Source: the human T2T-CHM13v2.0 reference genome, Homo sapiens. From it: a DNA stretch of 64,000 nt. Numbering within the stretch: position 1 is the stretch's first letter; each line of letters opens with the position of its first letter. The translations under genes and the position numbers were made by a program. Shown piece by piece: positions 43,650-60,278 of the stretch. A model generated the notes under the pieces. The model saw nothing but the letters and a program-made list of their open reading frames with translations. It ran no database searches and had not been told where the DNA came from. Where the stretch lies: NCBI RefSeq assembly GCF_009914755.1, contig NC_060945.1, one strand, 5' to 3'.

Positions 43650-44340
43650 TTATGGACTGAACTATGTTCATGTCCTTCACTCCCCACAAGTTTATGTGTT
43701 GAAGCCCTAACCATCAGTACCGTAGAACTGGACTACACAGTTGGCGATAGGGCCTTTTTTTTTTTTTTTTTTTTGAGACAGTTTCACTCTTGTCGCCCAG
43801 GCTAGAGTGCAGTGGTGCAATCTCAGCTCACTGCAACCTCTGCCTCCTGGGTTCAGCGATTCTCCTTCCTCAGCCTCCCAAGTAGCTGGGATTACAGTTA
43901 GGTGCCACCATGCCTGGCTAATTTTGTATTTTTAGTAGAGACAGGGTTTCACCATGTTGGTCAGGCTGGTCTCAAACGCCTGGCCTCAGGTGATCCACCC
44001 ACCTCAGCTGGAGATAGGGCCTTTAAAGAGGCAATTAAGTTAAAATGAGGTCATGAGGGTGGGGCCCCAATCTAATCTGATCGGTGTCTTTGTAAGAGGA
44101 GAGAATGTGGACACATAAAGGGACACTAGGCATGTGCGTGCACAGAGGGAAGACCATGTGAGGACACAGGGAGAAGGCAGCCGTCTACAAGCCAAGGAGA
44201 GAGGCCTCAGGAGGAGCCAAAGCTGCCGGCACCATGATCTCGGACTTCCAGCCTCCAGAACTGTGAGAGAAAAAAGGTCTGTCGTTTAAGCCCCCAATCT
44301 GTGGTATTATGTTAGAGCTGCCCTAGCACACTGATAGAGA
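43650..44340 (+). mobile_element. MLT1A0/B-like solo LTR interrupted by Alu
   Basis: TATGGACTGAA...TGTTGAAGCCCTAACC; GATAGGGCCTTTAAAGAGG; GGACTTCCAGCCTCCAGAACTGTGAGA. Confidence 0.85.
43755..44008 (-). mobile_element. AluS (Sq-like), 5'-truncated
   Basis: T tract, GTTTCACTCTTGTCGCCCAG; TSD TGG(C/A)GATAGGGCCTTT on both sides. Confidence 0.9.
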
Positions 44341-44467
44341 TAGCCTCAATTTTGCTTTGAATTGCTATGAGTTGACAAAGTTAACCACAAGTTAGAGACC
44401 CCATGACCATATCAGCCACTGCAGAGACCTGAAGGCTGACCACTGAAAAAACTACACCCTCCTATAT

Positions 44468-44522
44468 CACACACACACACATACACACACACACAATTTA
44501 TTATTACACACACATACACACA
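44468..44522 (+). repeat. Interrupted (CA)n microsatellite
   Basis: Read directly from the sequence. Confidence 0.9.
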
Positions 44523-46038
44523 TATTTGTTATTGATTATAATCATAAAGTCTAACTATGAGTTTCTGTTTACTCCCAATTAACTTGGAACAACTTTTCTT
44601 TGAGCCTCCTCCTGAATGGAATAAGGGAATGGTTGTTCCTGCTCCTACTTGGATTCCTGAAGATAGGACTGGCCAAGGACAGCCTGGAACAATCACAGCC
44701 TGCTGCTGTCATCGTGCAACAATTTGTTGCCTGTATTCTAGACGCAGAAAAATCTCACAGCTTATTTCAAGTAATCTCTATTAATATCCCTCCCTGGCCC
44801 TCAAAAGATATTAAGAATCCAAAGGGAAATCAGAAACTCAATTGTGCTAGAAATAGCCAAACTGTCTCATTCAGAATGCATTCACCAAACAACTTCAAAG
44901 CAAAATGATGATGAAAAATAAGCCTTCCAACACCAGAGTATTTCTCTTTTTGAATGTTTCTACCACATCTAAGAAAACAGATGTCACCATGGTTAAAAAA
45001 AAAATTGTACCTTGCAAAAATAAAACTTCATAATGATAGTTCGTTCTTGTGAATAAATCCTCAAATACATCCCTCTTGCAAAAAAGGTTTTCTCTTACTG
45101 ACCACTCTTCTTCCATCACTGACTGCAGTGGAAAATTACATTCCACTGTGAAATATAATCCTGTTGATAGTAACACCTATTGAGGTTTTCATCAAATTGC
45201 TAGATGAGATGGTGTAATTAGGGACAGCCAGGGGGAAAACTACAAAGGACACAGAGGACGTCAGTCCAAAGGAGGTAAAAACTGAAAAGATAATACCTTC
45301 CTCAAACCATTGCAGAAGCGTGTACCTGCTTGCCTGGTGACAAAGTCTTTTTGAAAATCAACCTGTACCCATAATTCTGCTTTCTGACTTTCACCAGAGG
45401 ATTCATAAGAGCATCCTGAATCCAAATAACAAAATTAAATATACACTAACCACCCGTCCTTAATCGCTTCATGTAAATCTGTGGCATTAGAAACTGAAAA
45501 CAAAAATTATCTGAGGGTCATGTTTTGCTATGCATTTAATGGATATTACTTCTGCCTGCTCCAAGGGCAATGTTCAGTTTCCACAAACAGTGTAGTTTAT
45601 TATGAAAAATAATTTATAAATCATTCTTGTTTAAAACAAAATTTTTTTAGGAGAATTAGTAACAGAATTTCAAAAAAGTTGAATAATTTCTAAAGATTAA
45701 GATTTCAACTTCACTCTTTTAATGTATTTAAGGTAATAATCACTTACTTTGGTGATTATTTATAACATTAACAGCTCTAAGAGGCCTTTAAGGGCCATTT
45801 TGTTATACAAAAAAGAAACACATTTATAAGCATTCTTAGAATAATGCTAATGTCATTAGCTACAGAAGCAGCACATGCTAAGATATCAGCTTTAATTTTA
45901 AATTCATATTAGACCTTAATAAAATAAGTCAAGGATGCATTTTGTAATATCTAGAATAACCACTAAAAGAACAGTAATGTCTAACAGGCAAGTTAGTAGA
46001 GGGGGAAAATGAAACAATTTTTAAAAATACATAATTCA

Positions 46039-46477
<439 letters not shown>

Positions 46478-47247
46478 TCATGCAAAATAGACTTTAAGAC
46501 AAGAAGCATTACTAGCAAAAAAGATGGACATTTAATAATAAAAAAGGGTCAATTTGCCAGGCTGATACAACAATCCTAAATCTGTATATATCCAATAATA
46601 TAGCCTCAAATCTATATGAAGGAAAAGCTAGCAGGACAAAAAGGAGAAATCAGCAAATCCAAATCATGGTGGGAAATTTTAACACACTTCTCTCAGCCAC
46701 TGATAAGAATAGACGAAATTCAGTAAGGCCATAGATGACATAAACAATACGAATAACAAACTTAACCCAACTGTCTATATACGTTGTTGTTACATGACTG
46801 CATCTATATATGTTGTTGTTAAGAAGGCATATTTTTTCAAGTGCACATGAAACACTTATCAAAACCGACTTACTGTTGAGCTACAAAGCAAGTCTGAAAA
46901 AATGTCAAAGGACTGAGAGTGTTTTCTGATCACATAATGGAATTACTCTAGGAATCAATAACATTAAAAAAAAAACCCCAAATGTTTATGAACAAAGTGA
47001 TACATTTCTAAACAATCTACAGATCAATGAAGAAATTATACTGGAAATCAGAAAATATCCTGAATTGGAAAATAATAAGGATATGACATATCAAAACTTG
47101 TAAGATGCAGCAAAAGCCATACTTAGAGGTAAATTTCTAGTCTTATGTGAATATATGGGATAAGAAGACTAAAAATTAATGATTTACATATTGATCTTAA
47201 AAAGCAAGAAAACAGAACAAGAGATTAAAGAAAGTAGAAGGAGAAAA

Positions 47248-47604
<357 letters not shown>

Positions 47605-48321
47605 TCAAATGTTGACTTTTCAAAATATTAATACATTTAATAAACCTCTGACAGGACTGATGAAGAAAAGAGCACAAATTGTCACTACCAGGATTGAAAA
47701 AGGAAACATAACTACAGGTCCTACAGATATTAGAAAGCCTATATAAATATTATGCCAATATATTTAAGATTTTAAGTAAAATGGACTACTTCCTAGAAAA
47801 ATACAACTTACAAAAATGACAGAAGAGAAAATCAATTGGTTCTATATCTATTTATAAAACTGAATATTTAATTAAAAACATTCTCAAAAGAAAACTCTAC
47901 ACCCAGATATCTTTATCAGTGAAATCTCCCAAACACTTAAGAAATAATATGAATCCTACATCAACTCTTCAATACAGGAAACAAAAGGAGGGGCCCTTTC
48001 TACTTATTTTATGCTTTTAGCATAACCTTGATCCTGAAACCTGAGAAAAATATTATAAAAAAGAAAAGTGATCAGCCTATATCTTTCATGAACATAAACA
48101 TAAAATTACAAAATGAAAATAATAGTAAAACAAAGCCAGAGTCATAAAAAAGAATACTGTACTATAACCAAGGAAAAGTGAATATATATATGTTAAAATA
48201 CATGTAGGAGATTGTTACTGCAGCATTATCATAATACTCCCAACTGGAAAAGTCAAATGGAAATGTGATATATTCACACCACAGAATAGAAACAACAATA
48301 AAAGTGAACTACTATGACATG

Positions 48322-48727
48322 TATAATGGTTAATTTTATGTGTGAACTTGGCTGGGCCATGGTGCCCAGATACCAGATATATGGACAAACATTATTCTGG
48401 ATGTTTCTGTGCAGGTGTTTTGAGATGCGATTAACATTTAGATTAGTGAACTCTGAGTAAAGTATATTGGCAGGGAGCTCATCCAATCAGTTAAAGGCCT
48501 TAACGGAACAAAAAGACTAGCCTACCCCAAGAAAGAAGGAATCTGCAGCAGAAATCCTTTACACTTGAACTGTAACATCAGTTCATTCCTGGGTCTCCAG
48601 CCTGTCAACCCACCCTGGAGATTTTGGACTTGCCAGTCACTATAATTGTATGAGCCAATTTCTTAAAACAAACTTTTCCCTATATACATATACATCCTAT
48701 TGGTTCTATTTCTCTGGAGAACGCTGT
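48322..48727 (+). mobile_element. MLT2 (ERVL) solo LTR
   Basis: ATGGTTAATTTTATGTGTGAACTTGGCTGGGCCA...CATCCTATTGGTTCTATTTCTCTGGAGAAC. Confidence 0.85.
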
Positions 48728-49059
48728 AGTCAATAAGCATTTCATAAACATAATGTTGAACAAAAGAAACAAGACACAAATGATGAAAAACATGCTTCCA
48801 CTTATATAAAGTTCCAGACAAGCAAAACTCCTCTATGGTGATGGAGGTCAGCATGGTGGGTAACTTGGTGGGCCATGGTGGTGACTGGTGAGTAATAGCT
48901 GGGGAGGGACATGAAGGATGCTTCCAGGTGTGCTGGCATTGTTCTATTTCTTGACCTGATATGGGTGTGTTTATTTTGTAAAATTTCAGCAAGGTTTTGA
49001 TTTGTGTATTTTTCTGTATGTATGTTATACTTCAATTAGAAAAGTATAGCTTTTTATTG

Positions 49060-49770
49060 ATTATACCTCATAGCCATTAGGATGGCTAGTATCAAAAACA
49101 GAAAATAACAAGAGTTGGCAAGGAGGTAGAGAAATCAGAACTGTTGTGCACTATTGATGAAAATGTAAAATGGTGTAGCCACTGTGCAGAACGGAATGGC
49201 AGCTCCTCAAAAAATTGAAAATAGAATTACCACATGATCCAGCAATTCCACCTCTGTGTATGTATCTAAAAGAATTGAAAGCAGGGTCCTGACGAGATAT
49301 GCTCAATCATGTCCACAGCAGCATCCTTCAAAATAGCCAAGATGGCAGCAACCCCAGTGTAGATCAATGGGAAAATGAATAAACAAAATGTAGTCCATCC
49401 ATACAGTAGAATATTATTCAACCTTAAAAAGGAAGGAAATTTTGAAACATGTACAATATAGATGAACCTTCAGGACATTATGCTAAGTGAGGTAAGCCAG
49501 TCATGAAAAAACAAATACTTAGAAACCTAAAGTAGTCAAATTCATAGACACAGAAAGTAGAATGGTGGTTGCCAGGGGCTGAGGGAAGAGAAAATGGGGA
49601 GTTGATGTTTGACGGATACAGAGTTTCAGTTGTACAAGATGAAAAGTGTTCTGGAGATGTGCTACACAACAATGTGAATATATTTAATATTTAATACCTC
49701 TGAACTGTACATGTAAAGATGGTAAATTTTAAGTTATGTGCATTTTACCACAATTTTTAAAAGTTTAGTA
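49060..49770 (+). mobile_element. L1MB-like 3' end
   Basis: TTAGGATGGCTAGTATCAAAAA, GATCCAGCAATTCCAC, ATTATGCTAAGTGA, GAATGGTGGTTGCCAGGGGCTG, TTTTACCACAAT. Confidence 0.88.
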
Positions 49771-50084
49771 AAGAAAAAAATCAAAGCATAATAAAGATTG
49801 TATTCATACTTTGGATCATACAAAGGATCAAGAAGAACATATTTAATTGTAGATCCATTAAATGGGGTCTCCCACTGCTTTTCATTAGGCTTCAGTTGTG
49901 AAAAAGCTTTGTGGATAGCAAAGTGCTAAAACTGGAAGGCTTTTTAAACTCTGATCTTACTACTATCTTTACAGGATTGGTAATTAAAGTTTTAAGAAGG
50001 AGATATAGGTAAAGGATGCTAATTTTCCTGGAAAAGGACATGATCGTTGAAAAAATAAGAGAAGATTTAGAGCAGTTCAGAAGA

Positions 50085-50575
50085 TGTGGTGGTTAATTGC
50101 GTGTGTCAAACTGGCCCCGGTGTGTGCAGACTGAGCATTATCTCTGGAAGTACCTGTGCGGGTGTTTCTGGATGAGATCAGCATTTGAATTGGTGGACTC
50201 TACAAGGTAGACTGCCCTTCCCAATGTGGGTGGGCATCATCTAATCTGCTGGGGGCCTGAAGAGAACAAAAGGCAGGAGAACAAAAGGGGGGAGTCTGCC
50301 CCCTTTTCCTGCCCGCCTGCCTGAGCTGGGACAGCTCATCTCATCTTCTCCCACCCTCGGGCTGGGATTTATACCACCAGCTGCCGTGGTTCTCAGGCCT
50401 TTGGACTAGCCAGTCTCAAGTCTCCAGCCTGCAGATGGCAGACTGTGGGACTTCTCAGCCTCCATAATTATGTAAGCCACATCCTCATGATAAATTTCTT
50501 TATATATCTATATACACATCTACCGCTATGTCTATCCTATTGGTTCTGTTTCCCTGGAGAACCCTGATTGATGCA
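50085..50575 (+). mobile_element. MLT2 (ERVL) solo LTR
   Basis: TGTGGTGGTTAATT...CCTATTGGTTCTGTTTCCCTGGAGAACCCTGATTGATGCA; TSD GAAGA at 50080-50084 and 50576-50580. Confidence 0.88.
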
Positions 50576-50619
50576 GAAGACTACTGAATATTCTTCAATA
50601 CCCATTTCCCTTTGATCAT

Positions 50620-51002
50620 TACCTTCTGTTCACACTGGCTTCCTGTGTTAGCACACCACAGTCTGTCTGCCAGAGGCCCTTGTGCCAACCATTTCCTCTG
50701 CCTGGACCTTACCAGAGAGGTCCAGACCACCCCCTTCTGAGCTGAGTTTAAAAATCATATCCTCAGAGCGGCCCTCCAGGGCCCCATCAGCACCTCCCAT
50801 TATTGTTTACCACAGCCCCCATGTGCTTAATTCCAGCAGCAATCGCAATCTAATAAACTAAAAAAATAGTATCTGTCTCTCCCATGAAAATGTGCACTCC
50901 ACGAGAGCAAAGATATTGCTTTGTTTTCCCCTGGGTCCAGGTACATTGCCAGAACAATTCAATAAATATTTGTTGAATGAACAAATGAATACATAAATGA
51001 AT
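50620..51002 (+). mobile_element. L2 3' fragment
   Basis: TTCCTCTGCCTGGA...ends CAATAAATATTTGTTGAATGAACAAATGAAT. Confidence 0.7.
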
Positions 51003-51707
51003 ATATAATGAGCACACCTCATAGGATACTAACTTTATTACTCTGATCTAGAAGGTAATAAGAACTGGAGACCTACAGGCAAAAAAACTGTCCTGAATTT
51101 CCTTTCTACACTGCATCTCCTGAAGTGAGTGTTTTCTCCACATTATCCTGACATATATTTTTTCATCCTCCTCCCATCCCAGCACCTGCTCAGCACCTGG
51201 TGCCCTTACTGGGTCTGACATTCCAGGATGCTGTGCTTTTTTTACACAGCATTTCCCCCTGCTGGGGCCAGGGACTGAGAAAGGCTGATCTGTCAGATCC
51301 TTGATGGCCCCTGAGTGCAGGGCTTCAGGATGAGATTACAAGAGGACTAGAAGACAGGCTTCCTATATCTGAGAAGCGTGGAATCTCATGGATACACACA
51401 GCTATGTCATAGTTGAAATATTAAGTTTATCTACAGAATTATAGCTGTATATTGGAGTGCTCTGAATACTTGATTTGGATGGTCTAGAAATCCTGGGGCA
51501 CAGCAATATTTTATGTCTTCATCTGGGAGGTCCTAAGAAGGGTTTGCTTATGGAATAAAAGCCCTTATGATCCGTGCACAGCGAGGCCTCTGTAGTGTTC
51601 TGAAGAAGAAACCTGACAGGACACACAAAAATTATTTTCCTCGTGGAGGGCATGGAATCAAGACAGATCCCCGATCCAGTCCTCACTCCCTGAACACTGC
51701 CCAGCTT

Positions 51708-52160
51708 ATGCTAAATACGTATTTATGCACCTACTATATACCAGGCACAGTTCTAGGAGCTGATAATGTAGCCGTGAACAAAATGAAACCCCTGCCCACA
51801 TGCTGTCCACATTCTGATAGGAAAAGATGGACAATCTGTAATCAGTACAACACAGTGTGCCCTCTGGACATAAGGGAGGGGCACAGAGAAAAAAACAAAG
51901 TAGGCTGAGGACAGAAGAGCAGGGGATGGGGTCAGGTAGCCAGGGACAGTTTCCTGCAAAGTGAGGAGCCAAGACCTAACCAAGGTGAGCCATGGCTTTC
52001 TGGGTGAAAACTGCTCCAGGAGAAGGCAAGCATGGGCCCTGGGGGGGAACACGATGTATTCAAACAGCACGGTGGCAGATGGGAAGGGTCCAACCAGCCA
52101 CGCTAGGGACACCTTCTATCCTGTGGGACATGAGAAACCCTGGAGGATCAGAATAAAGTG
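51708..52160 (-). mobile_element. L2 3' fragment
   Basis: TATTTATGCACCTACTATATACCAGGCACAGTTCTAGGAGCTG...GTGAACAAAA. Confidence 0.65.
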
Positions 52161-53824
52161 GAGGAAAATTAAAGCTGAGCTTTGAGTGCAACTATTTTAA
52201 GACTAAATAGAGCTCACATTAAGTCTCTTAAACTGCCACTGGGTTCTAATTCGATGATTAAATTTATCTAGATAAAGGACTCTGAGATTCTCGCATGGTG
52301 GATCCATATGTTGCGCTAATACGTAAATGTCCATTATTTTACACAGGTCCAGGGAACCTGGCCATCATCTCGATGCACCAATTCTCCCTGCCCCACCCAA
52401 ATTAGAATGTAGGTGGTCACATAGCAAACTACAACATGACCGGGATTTCAGCTCTAAAAAGTGCCATCAAGACGTGTTCCCCAACTTGACTGTGGCAGTC
52501 ATTTCTTGGTATCCACCACTGCAGATCACATGCACACCTCAAATACATGCAGTTCAATTTGTCAGTCATGCCTTAAGAAAGCTGGGGGGAAAGGTGCCAC
52601 CAAATGAAATAAAGAAGCGTTCCCCTCCCTTGCACCCTGCCAGCATTTCAGATCTGTCTTATCAAAACTCCCTGTGCTTGGGCTTAGACAGACGAAAGAA
52701 AAATGATGGGGAGCCAGAAAACCTGAGAAAACTACGCAAGTGCACTCCAGTGTCTGAATTTCCATTCTGGAAAGGAACGGGCAGCGCTCAGCCTCACAGC
52801 CCACCTGGGCACCTGGCATCAAGGCCACCCTCTGCCCTGGTCTGCGTGCAATGCCATGCTGGGCTCAGACACACTCCTGGAACAGCACAGCTCTCATGAG
52901 TCCCTGATAATGGCGTCCGCCACACGCCCACACCCTTTTGGCACTGTCTTCTGACTGACTGGGCTAAAAAAAGCTTCGATAAACCCCAAGGATCAGGGCT
53001 GGGCTGCTGTTCTTCTGAACATAAACACTGGTCAGGAGGTGATTACAGTTCAAGCAGAGGGGAGCAAAGTCCCATTTTCCCAGCACTAGGATTAGATGGC
53101 AAAGTAATATCATGGGCAGTTTTTACCCTCACAAATCCCTGACCTCCTTCCCTGAGGCCCCCTTCCCGGAGCCGTCTACATGCCTGCCTTTACTCTACGC
53201 CGGGACTCCAGTCTATAAGAGGATAATCATTTATGAATAAACCCATGATGATTTACGTTCCCCTCAAACGTGAACAGAACCCAATCATCTGTTTCTTGTG
53301 TTTTCCGATTCCAAGAAAAAACATTTCTTGGCTGAGGCTGTCTTGTTTCTGGCCAGATTTTCCTATATGATGTCTATGTTCTCTCGTGATTAACTCAGAG
53401 ATATCAATCTACAACTACAGGAAAACCTCAATGGCTTTACTTAATTGGAGCACCAGGAGGACATGGTAAAGGACCACAGTGCTGGTTCTTCTAAGCGCAT
53501 GTGGGAACTGAAGGAAAGAGGATGGGGAGCTGGACTCTGGGTACCCATGAGGGCTTCAGTACAGAAGACCCATGAGGACAGTGGTTATGTGTCAATGCAG
53601 TGCAGTATTAAAAATTACTATTTGCCTGCCTTTGCTCTGACATGAGTTAAATCCTTCTCATCTAGATTACAATAACATTTGACCCTGAGTTTATATAGAC
53701 TAGGATCTTTTATGATGTTCCCAATCTTGCTTTAGTTATGGAGAAGCTCATTATAAAATAGTCTTACAGGAAAAACCTGATCACAGAGGGGAACACTATA
53801 GTGAAGCACCAATACTTTTCATCA

Positions 53825-53867
53825 AAAATGTTCAAGTATTGGCAATTTCATGTGTTTCAACATAATA
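53825..53867. mobile_element. MADE2-like Tc1/mariner MITE fragment
   Basis: TTGGCAATTTCATGTGTTTCAACATAATA resembles the recalled MADE2 terminal repeat. Confidence 0.45.
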
Positions 53868-54848
53868 CTACTAGCCCTCACCCAACCACAGGTTACAGAG
53901 TGCCTGGAGCTGCTAGAATAGGCACAACTGTTCTCACCATATGCAAGGCTCATCCTCCTCCAACCTTCTCAATACATCATTACCAATTATCAAATCATTA
54001 CATCTTTATGAAAAAGACTTGGCTTATATGACACAGGCAGAAGTGCCACCCTTTCACAACATTATGAAACGATGCCAAATAAGGCTAGCACACCTGCCAC
54101 CTTTTGCATTTACTGAAGAGCTCTTATGCATGGACCCACTTGGCCTGTCTCTTAGTCACAGAAGGGGGCATGGGGCAGCCTGGCTCGGAACACCTGTGCC
54201 TGCTGATAGCAGACGTGCCAGCCTGCCAGAGACTGAGAAGCTGGACCTCAAGGTGTTGGGAGGTCGGGCTGAGGCTGTGGCTGCTGGGCCAGCTGATGCA
54301 TGGGGAAAGGATATGCATGGTTTCCGGAGTAGGAAAAAGGTTTAGGAAATAAACAAGTGGAAAAATATCTGGAAAATGGAACCAGGTACAGTCCCTGCCC
54401 TCAAAGAGCAGGTGCTCAGTCTAAAGAAGTGGTCTATGCCTGGGTGCCCACTGCTCCAGACAGACTTAGAAATTCTATAATACGTGTAAGAAAAAAATCG
54501 TTAGTTTCCACTTGTTTTTTATTCTGGGGCTGGAGGCGTGGGGCATGGATTCTTACCCTCTTATTTAGCAGTATAGGCAAGTCATTATTTTCAGAGTTGT
54601 TGCAAAACAGAAAGGGGACAAAAATGTTACATGATGATGGATTATATTAGAGGAGTTCCTGTCGTGACCCTTGAGTTAGAAAGCAGATCTGCGTAAAATA
54701 AACAATCTGAGAGCTGAATGGGCAAAGGATATGAACAGTCAATTCACAGGAGGAAACAGAACCAGTAAACAAGCACATGGAAATATGTAATAATCTGTAG
54801 TCAGGGACATAGCTGAAAAAAATGAGAATGTTTCACAAAAGAAGGGTG

Positions 54849-55152
54849 GGCCGGGCGCGGTGGCTCATGCCTGTAATCCCAGCACTCTGGGAGGCCGAAG
54901 TGGGTGGATCACGGGGTCAAGAGATTGAGACCATCCTGGCCAACATGGTGAAACCCCACCTCTACTAAAAATACAAGCATTAGCTGGGTGTGGTAGCACA
55001 TGCCTGTACTCCCAGTTACTCCAGAGGTTGGGACAGGAGAATCGCTTGAACCCAGGAGGCGGAGGTTGCATTGAGCCAAGATCGCGCCACTGCACTCCAG
55101 CCTGGCAACAGAGGGAGACTCCATCTCAAAACAAGAACAACAACAACAACAA
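54849..55152 (+). mobile_element. AluSc with (AAC)n tail
   Basis: GTCAAGAGATTGAGACCATCCTGGCCAACATGG; TSD ending GAAGGGTG. Confidence 0.92.
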
Positions 55153-55475
55153 AACGAAGGGTGGCAAGGTACCCATTTAGGGGACCCTCAGGCCCCTAAG
55201 TCAGTTACTTGCATTTGACAGTCGTAATGTGAGGAGCACTGAATAAGGCACAGTCCAGGTGCTCAGAAATAACAATGACCAATGGGCCAGGTGCACAGCA
55301 GAGATCAGTGTTAGGAGTCAGACCTGCAGGTGTTGCATCGGAATCCCAAGCAGGCACTGGCCCCCATACAAACTCGCCAGGCCTCCGTGTCTTCACTGTA
55401 AAATGGAATCGTAACAAGCGCATACCTCACAGGGATCCTGGGTGGCAAACGAAATGGGGGACCAGGGTGGACAGG

Positions 55476-55720
55476 CAGCATGGGTAGTGGTTAAGAATGC
55501 TAACTCTGGAATAAGATGGCCTGGGTTCAAACCTTGCCCCCTCCTCCAACTTAGCTGTGCAACATGGGCAAGTTACTTCACCTCCAGATGCCTCAGTGAC
55601 TCCATCCATAAAATGGGGACAGTCATAGTATCTGCTTCACAGGGTTTATGTGAGGATGAAATGCATTCACACTTCTAGGCAGTGCCATACTTACAGCAGC
55701 ACCTGGCACTGGACAAACAC
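55476..55720 (+). mobile_element. MIR SINE (a second MIR piece lies at ~55300-55440)
   Basis: GTAGTGGTTAAGAATGC..ACTCTGGA..CCTGGGTTCAAA..AGCTGTGCAACATGGGCAAGTTACTT..ATAAAATGGGGA. Confidence 0.8.
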
Positions 55721-57739
55721 TATGGAAAACAGTGCCTGACACAGAACAAATGCACTAAGAGCATTTCCTTACACACACACCTGGAAACCACTTGCTCTAG
55801 TAACTGGCACAGAGTGGGTGTGGCATAAATGGTGGGAGAAATTCATCATAGCCTCTTCCCATCTGGGGGTGTGCTGAGATGCTGGAAAAGAGGGTCATCA
55901 AAAAAGGAGGAAAAATCCCTTAGCTCTTAAGCCCTAAGAAAGTGCTTCACAGCTTTTCCTTGACCATGAAAAATACAGAAGCAACACCCGCAGAAAGAAT
56001 AGAATCCTAGTAATTTTGTGTTCTGAATCAAGCTAAGTTTGACCTTTGAGCAAATTACTGGCTCTCTGCTAAGAGTGTACAGACCCATCTATTCATCATA
56101 GACTTCACTGTCTGGGAATGAGCCCCGGAGCCCAGGCTCTGCAGGTTGTTGCTGTTACGTAAGCCAGTGCAGGAGCCGTGCTGAGAAAAGGAAACTGCGC
56201 AATCTGCTCAGGTTCCCAGGAAGGCCAGGGTCCTTGTCCCACCTGAGGAGCTGACTTCTCAACTGGCAGCAGATTCAGGCATGCACACTGCCTTCGCCGG
56301 CCACTGGAAGGGCACTGCTCCCAACACCCACTCACACGCTGCCTGGATGGCTCTGATGGGGGCCACTGGGCAGGCCGGACAGGCTGCCTCAAGGAGCTGG
56401 GGACCTGTGGTGTCAGACAAGCTGACCACCCCCCGGCAGGGGTGGGACATACGTGTGAAAAGGGGAGTCTGGGGGTCCCCCACACAGTCCATCTACGCAG
56501 ATGCAGGCCAAGCTCCCCAGATAAGCCTGCCTCAAGGATTCTGGCCGAGGAGCAGAGGGGGCCCTTCCTGGAGGTCACCTGCCCTTGAAGCAGGTAGAGA
56601 AGACATCTTAGTGTGGATCAGTGCTGACATCTGTGGAGAGTGGACTCTCGGCACTTTCTGTCTGTGGACTCACGTCCCCATCCCCGGAGCCCTGTGAGGT
56701 GGCTATTATGAGCCCCATCCTACAAGTGGGCAAACTGAAGCACCCATGTCCATGCTACCAGGGAGCAGCAGTGCCAGGAAGAAGCTCAAGTGCCCGGCCT
56801 TCTTAACCTCTAAGCTCCAACAGGTGACCTCCAGTATAAGCGGAGGCCTTCCTGCCCTCCAGAAAAAGCCGAGAGTCTCTGTAGCGTGGTTCCCTCCTGC
56901 TTCTTTTGAATGAACGACTGGGAGGGAAGGCTGAGGAGACCCACAGGGGCCCAGGGACTGATGCAGGGAACCCCCTCACTGGGGAAAGAGAGAAAGAGTT
57001 GGCTAAAGTAGAAAAAACTCGAAGTGCAAGCAGGGCTGTGGCTCCTGCATGACCGAGAAAGCCTCCTTGCCCACTGGAGCCTCAGCTGAGGGCCTTCTCG
57101 AAGGCTCTGCTTTCTATATTCTCTCCACTCCCTGACCACGGCAGGCTGGGTTCTCGTAAGGTTTAGAGCCGTCTCAGGGACAGGAGCAACCCCCGCTGCC
57201 ATGCAGAAGATGCAGAAAGTCTTCTTTTAGAAGCACTGGAAAATACATTCGAACCGGGATGGGCATTTCCTGATGATGTTGGAACACCAACACAGTACCT
57301 CAGGGTGCTTTCCACCTCGACAAAGGGCCGAGGACTTTGCCTCCCTGCCTTTATCTTGCGAGAACCTTTGCACTGTGGAGTGAAGGAGCTCGGCTGAAAA
57401 CTCAACAACTGCACAGCCCTTGGCTGGACCCACACTAGGGAAGGTGTCTGCGAGGCTCGGGCCTGCTCACTGTGCTGTGCGTTGGTCTGCACACACTGGG
57501 ACTTCGGTGATAACTTACAGAAGGGAAATGGGAGGGGAGGAGTAAAGAAGGGGTTGGACAGTGACACCAGCTTGAGACAGAGAGTAAGAATCCTGGGCTC
57601 CCAGTCTCAGTTTCGTCATGAACTTGCTGTGTGATGTGGGCCCAATCTCAGCATCTCTGGGCACAATGAGTGGCCACCAGGGCCTTTCTAGCATTCATAT
57701 CTTACCCTTCCATGAATGAGCGAGGAACCCGTGCAGCCC

Positions 57740-58020
57740 AGTTCTGCAGCTACCAGCCACATGGGGCTATGTCAATGAAAATTAGCAAAAGTAAACACTC
57801 CTCGGTAGTACTAGCTACATTTTAAGTGCTCAATAACATGACAATTTAAATGAAAATTAATTAAAATGAAAAAAATTAAAAGTTCAGTTCCTCAGTCATG
57901 TCCACCACATTTCAAGCACTCAGTGGCCACAAGTGGCCAGTGGTTACTGCAGTGGACAGTGCGGATACAGGACACTCCCACCACCCTAGGGAGTCCTCCA
58001 CAGGGCAGCATCGAGAGTGT
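57740..58020. mobile_element. MER3/MER33-like hAT-Charlie remnant
   Basis: GCTACCAGCCACATGGGGCTA, CTAGCTACATTTTAAGTGCTCAATA, AGTTCCTCAGTCA..CCACATTTCAAGCACTCAGTGGCCAC. Confidence 0.75.
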
Positions 58021-58309
58021 GCAGATGGAGATGTGGCTCACAGAACGTTCGGGAAGCTGCTTCTTTAAAGAAGAATTGTGTGTCAGCTTGGAGCCTATGT
58101 AAAAGTAATGAAAGAAAGCTAGATGTGTCTGTTGGGGTAACTAGGTCTGTAACAGGGAAAGTCATCAAGATACCTGAAGGTGAGATAAAATACCATATTG
58201 CCACACCCAAGCTATGGTCAGTGGTGAAAGACTAGCGTGTTTCCATAAGATGAGAATACCCATCTGCTGCCTCTATAATGTTGAAATACAATTTGAAGTA
58301 TTATAAACA

Positions 58310-60270
<1,961 letters not shown>

Positions 60271-60278
60271 AAGATGGG

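Noticed and set aside
52327-52899. Longest ORF (190 aa, +)
   Set aside because: No recognisable homology, domain or flanking splice/promoter structure; one such ORF in 64 kb is compatible with chance
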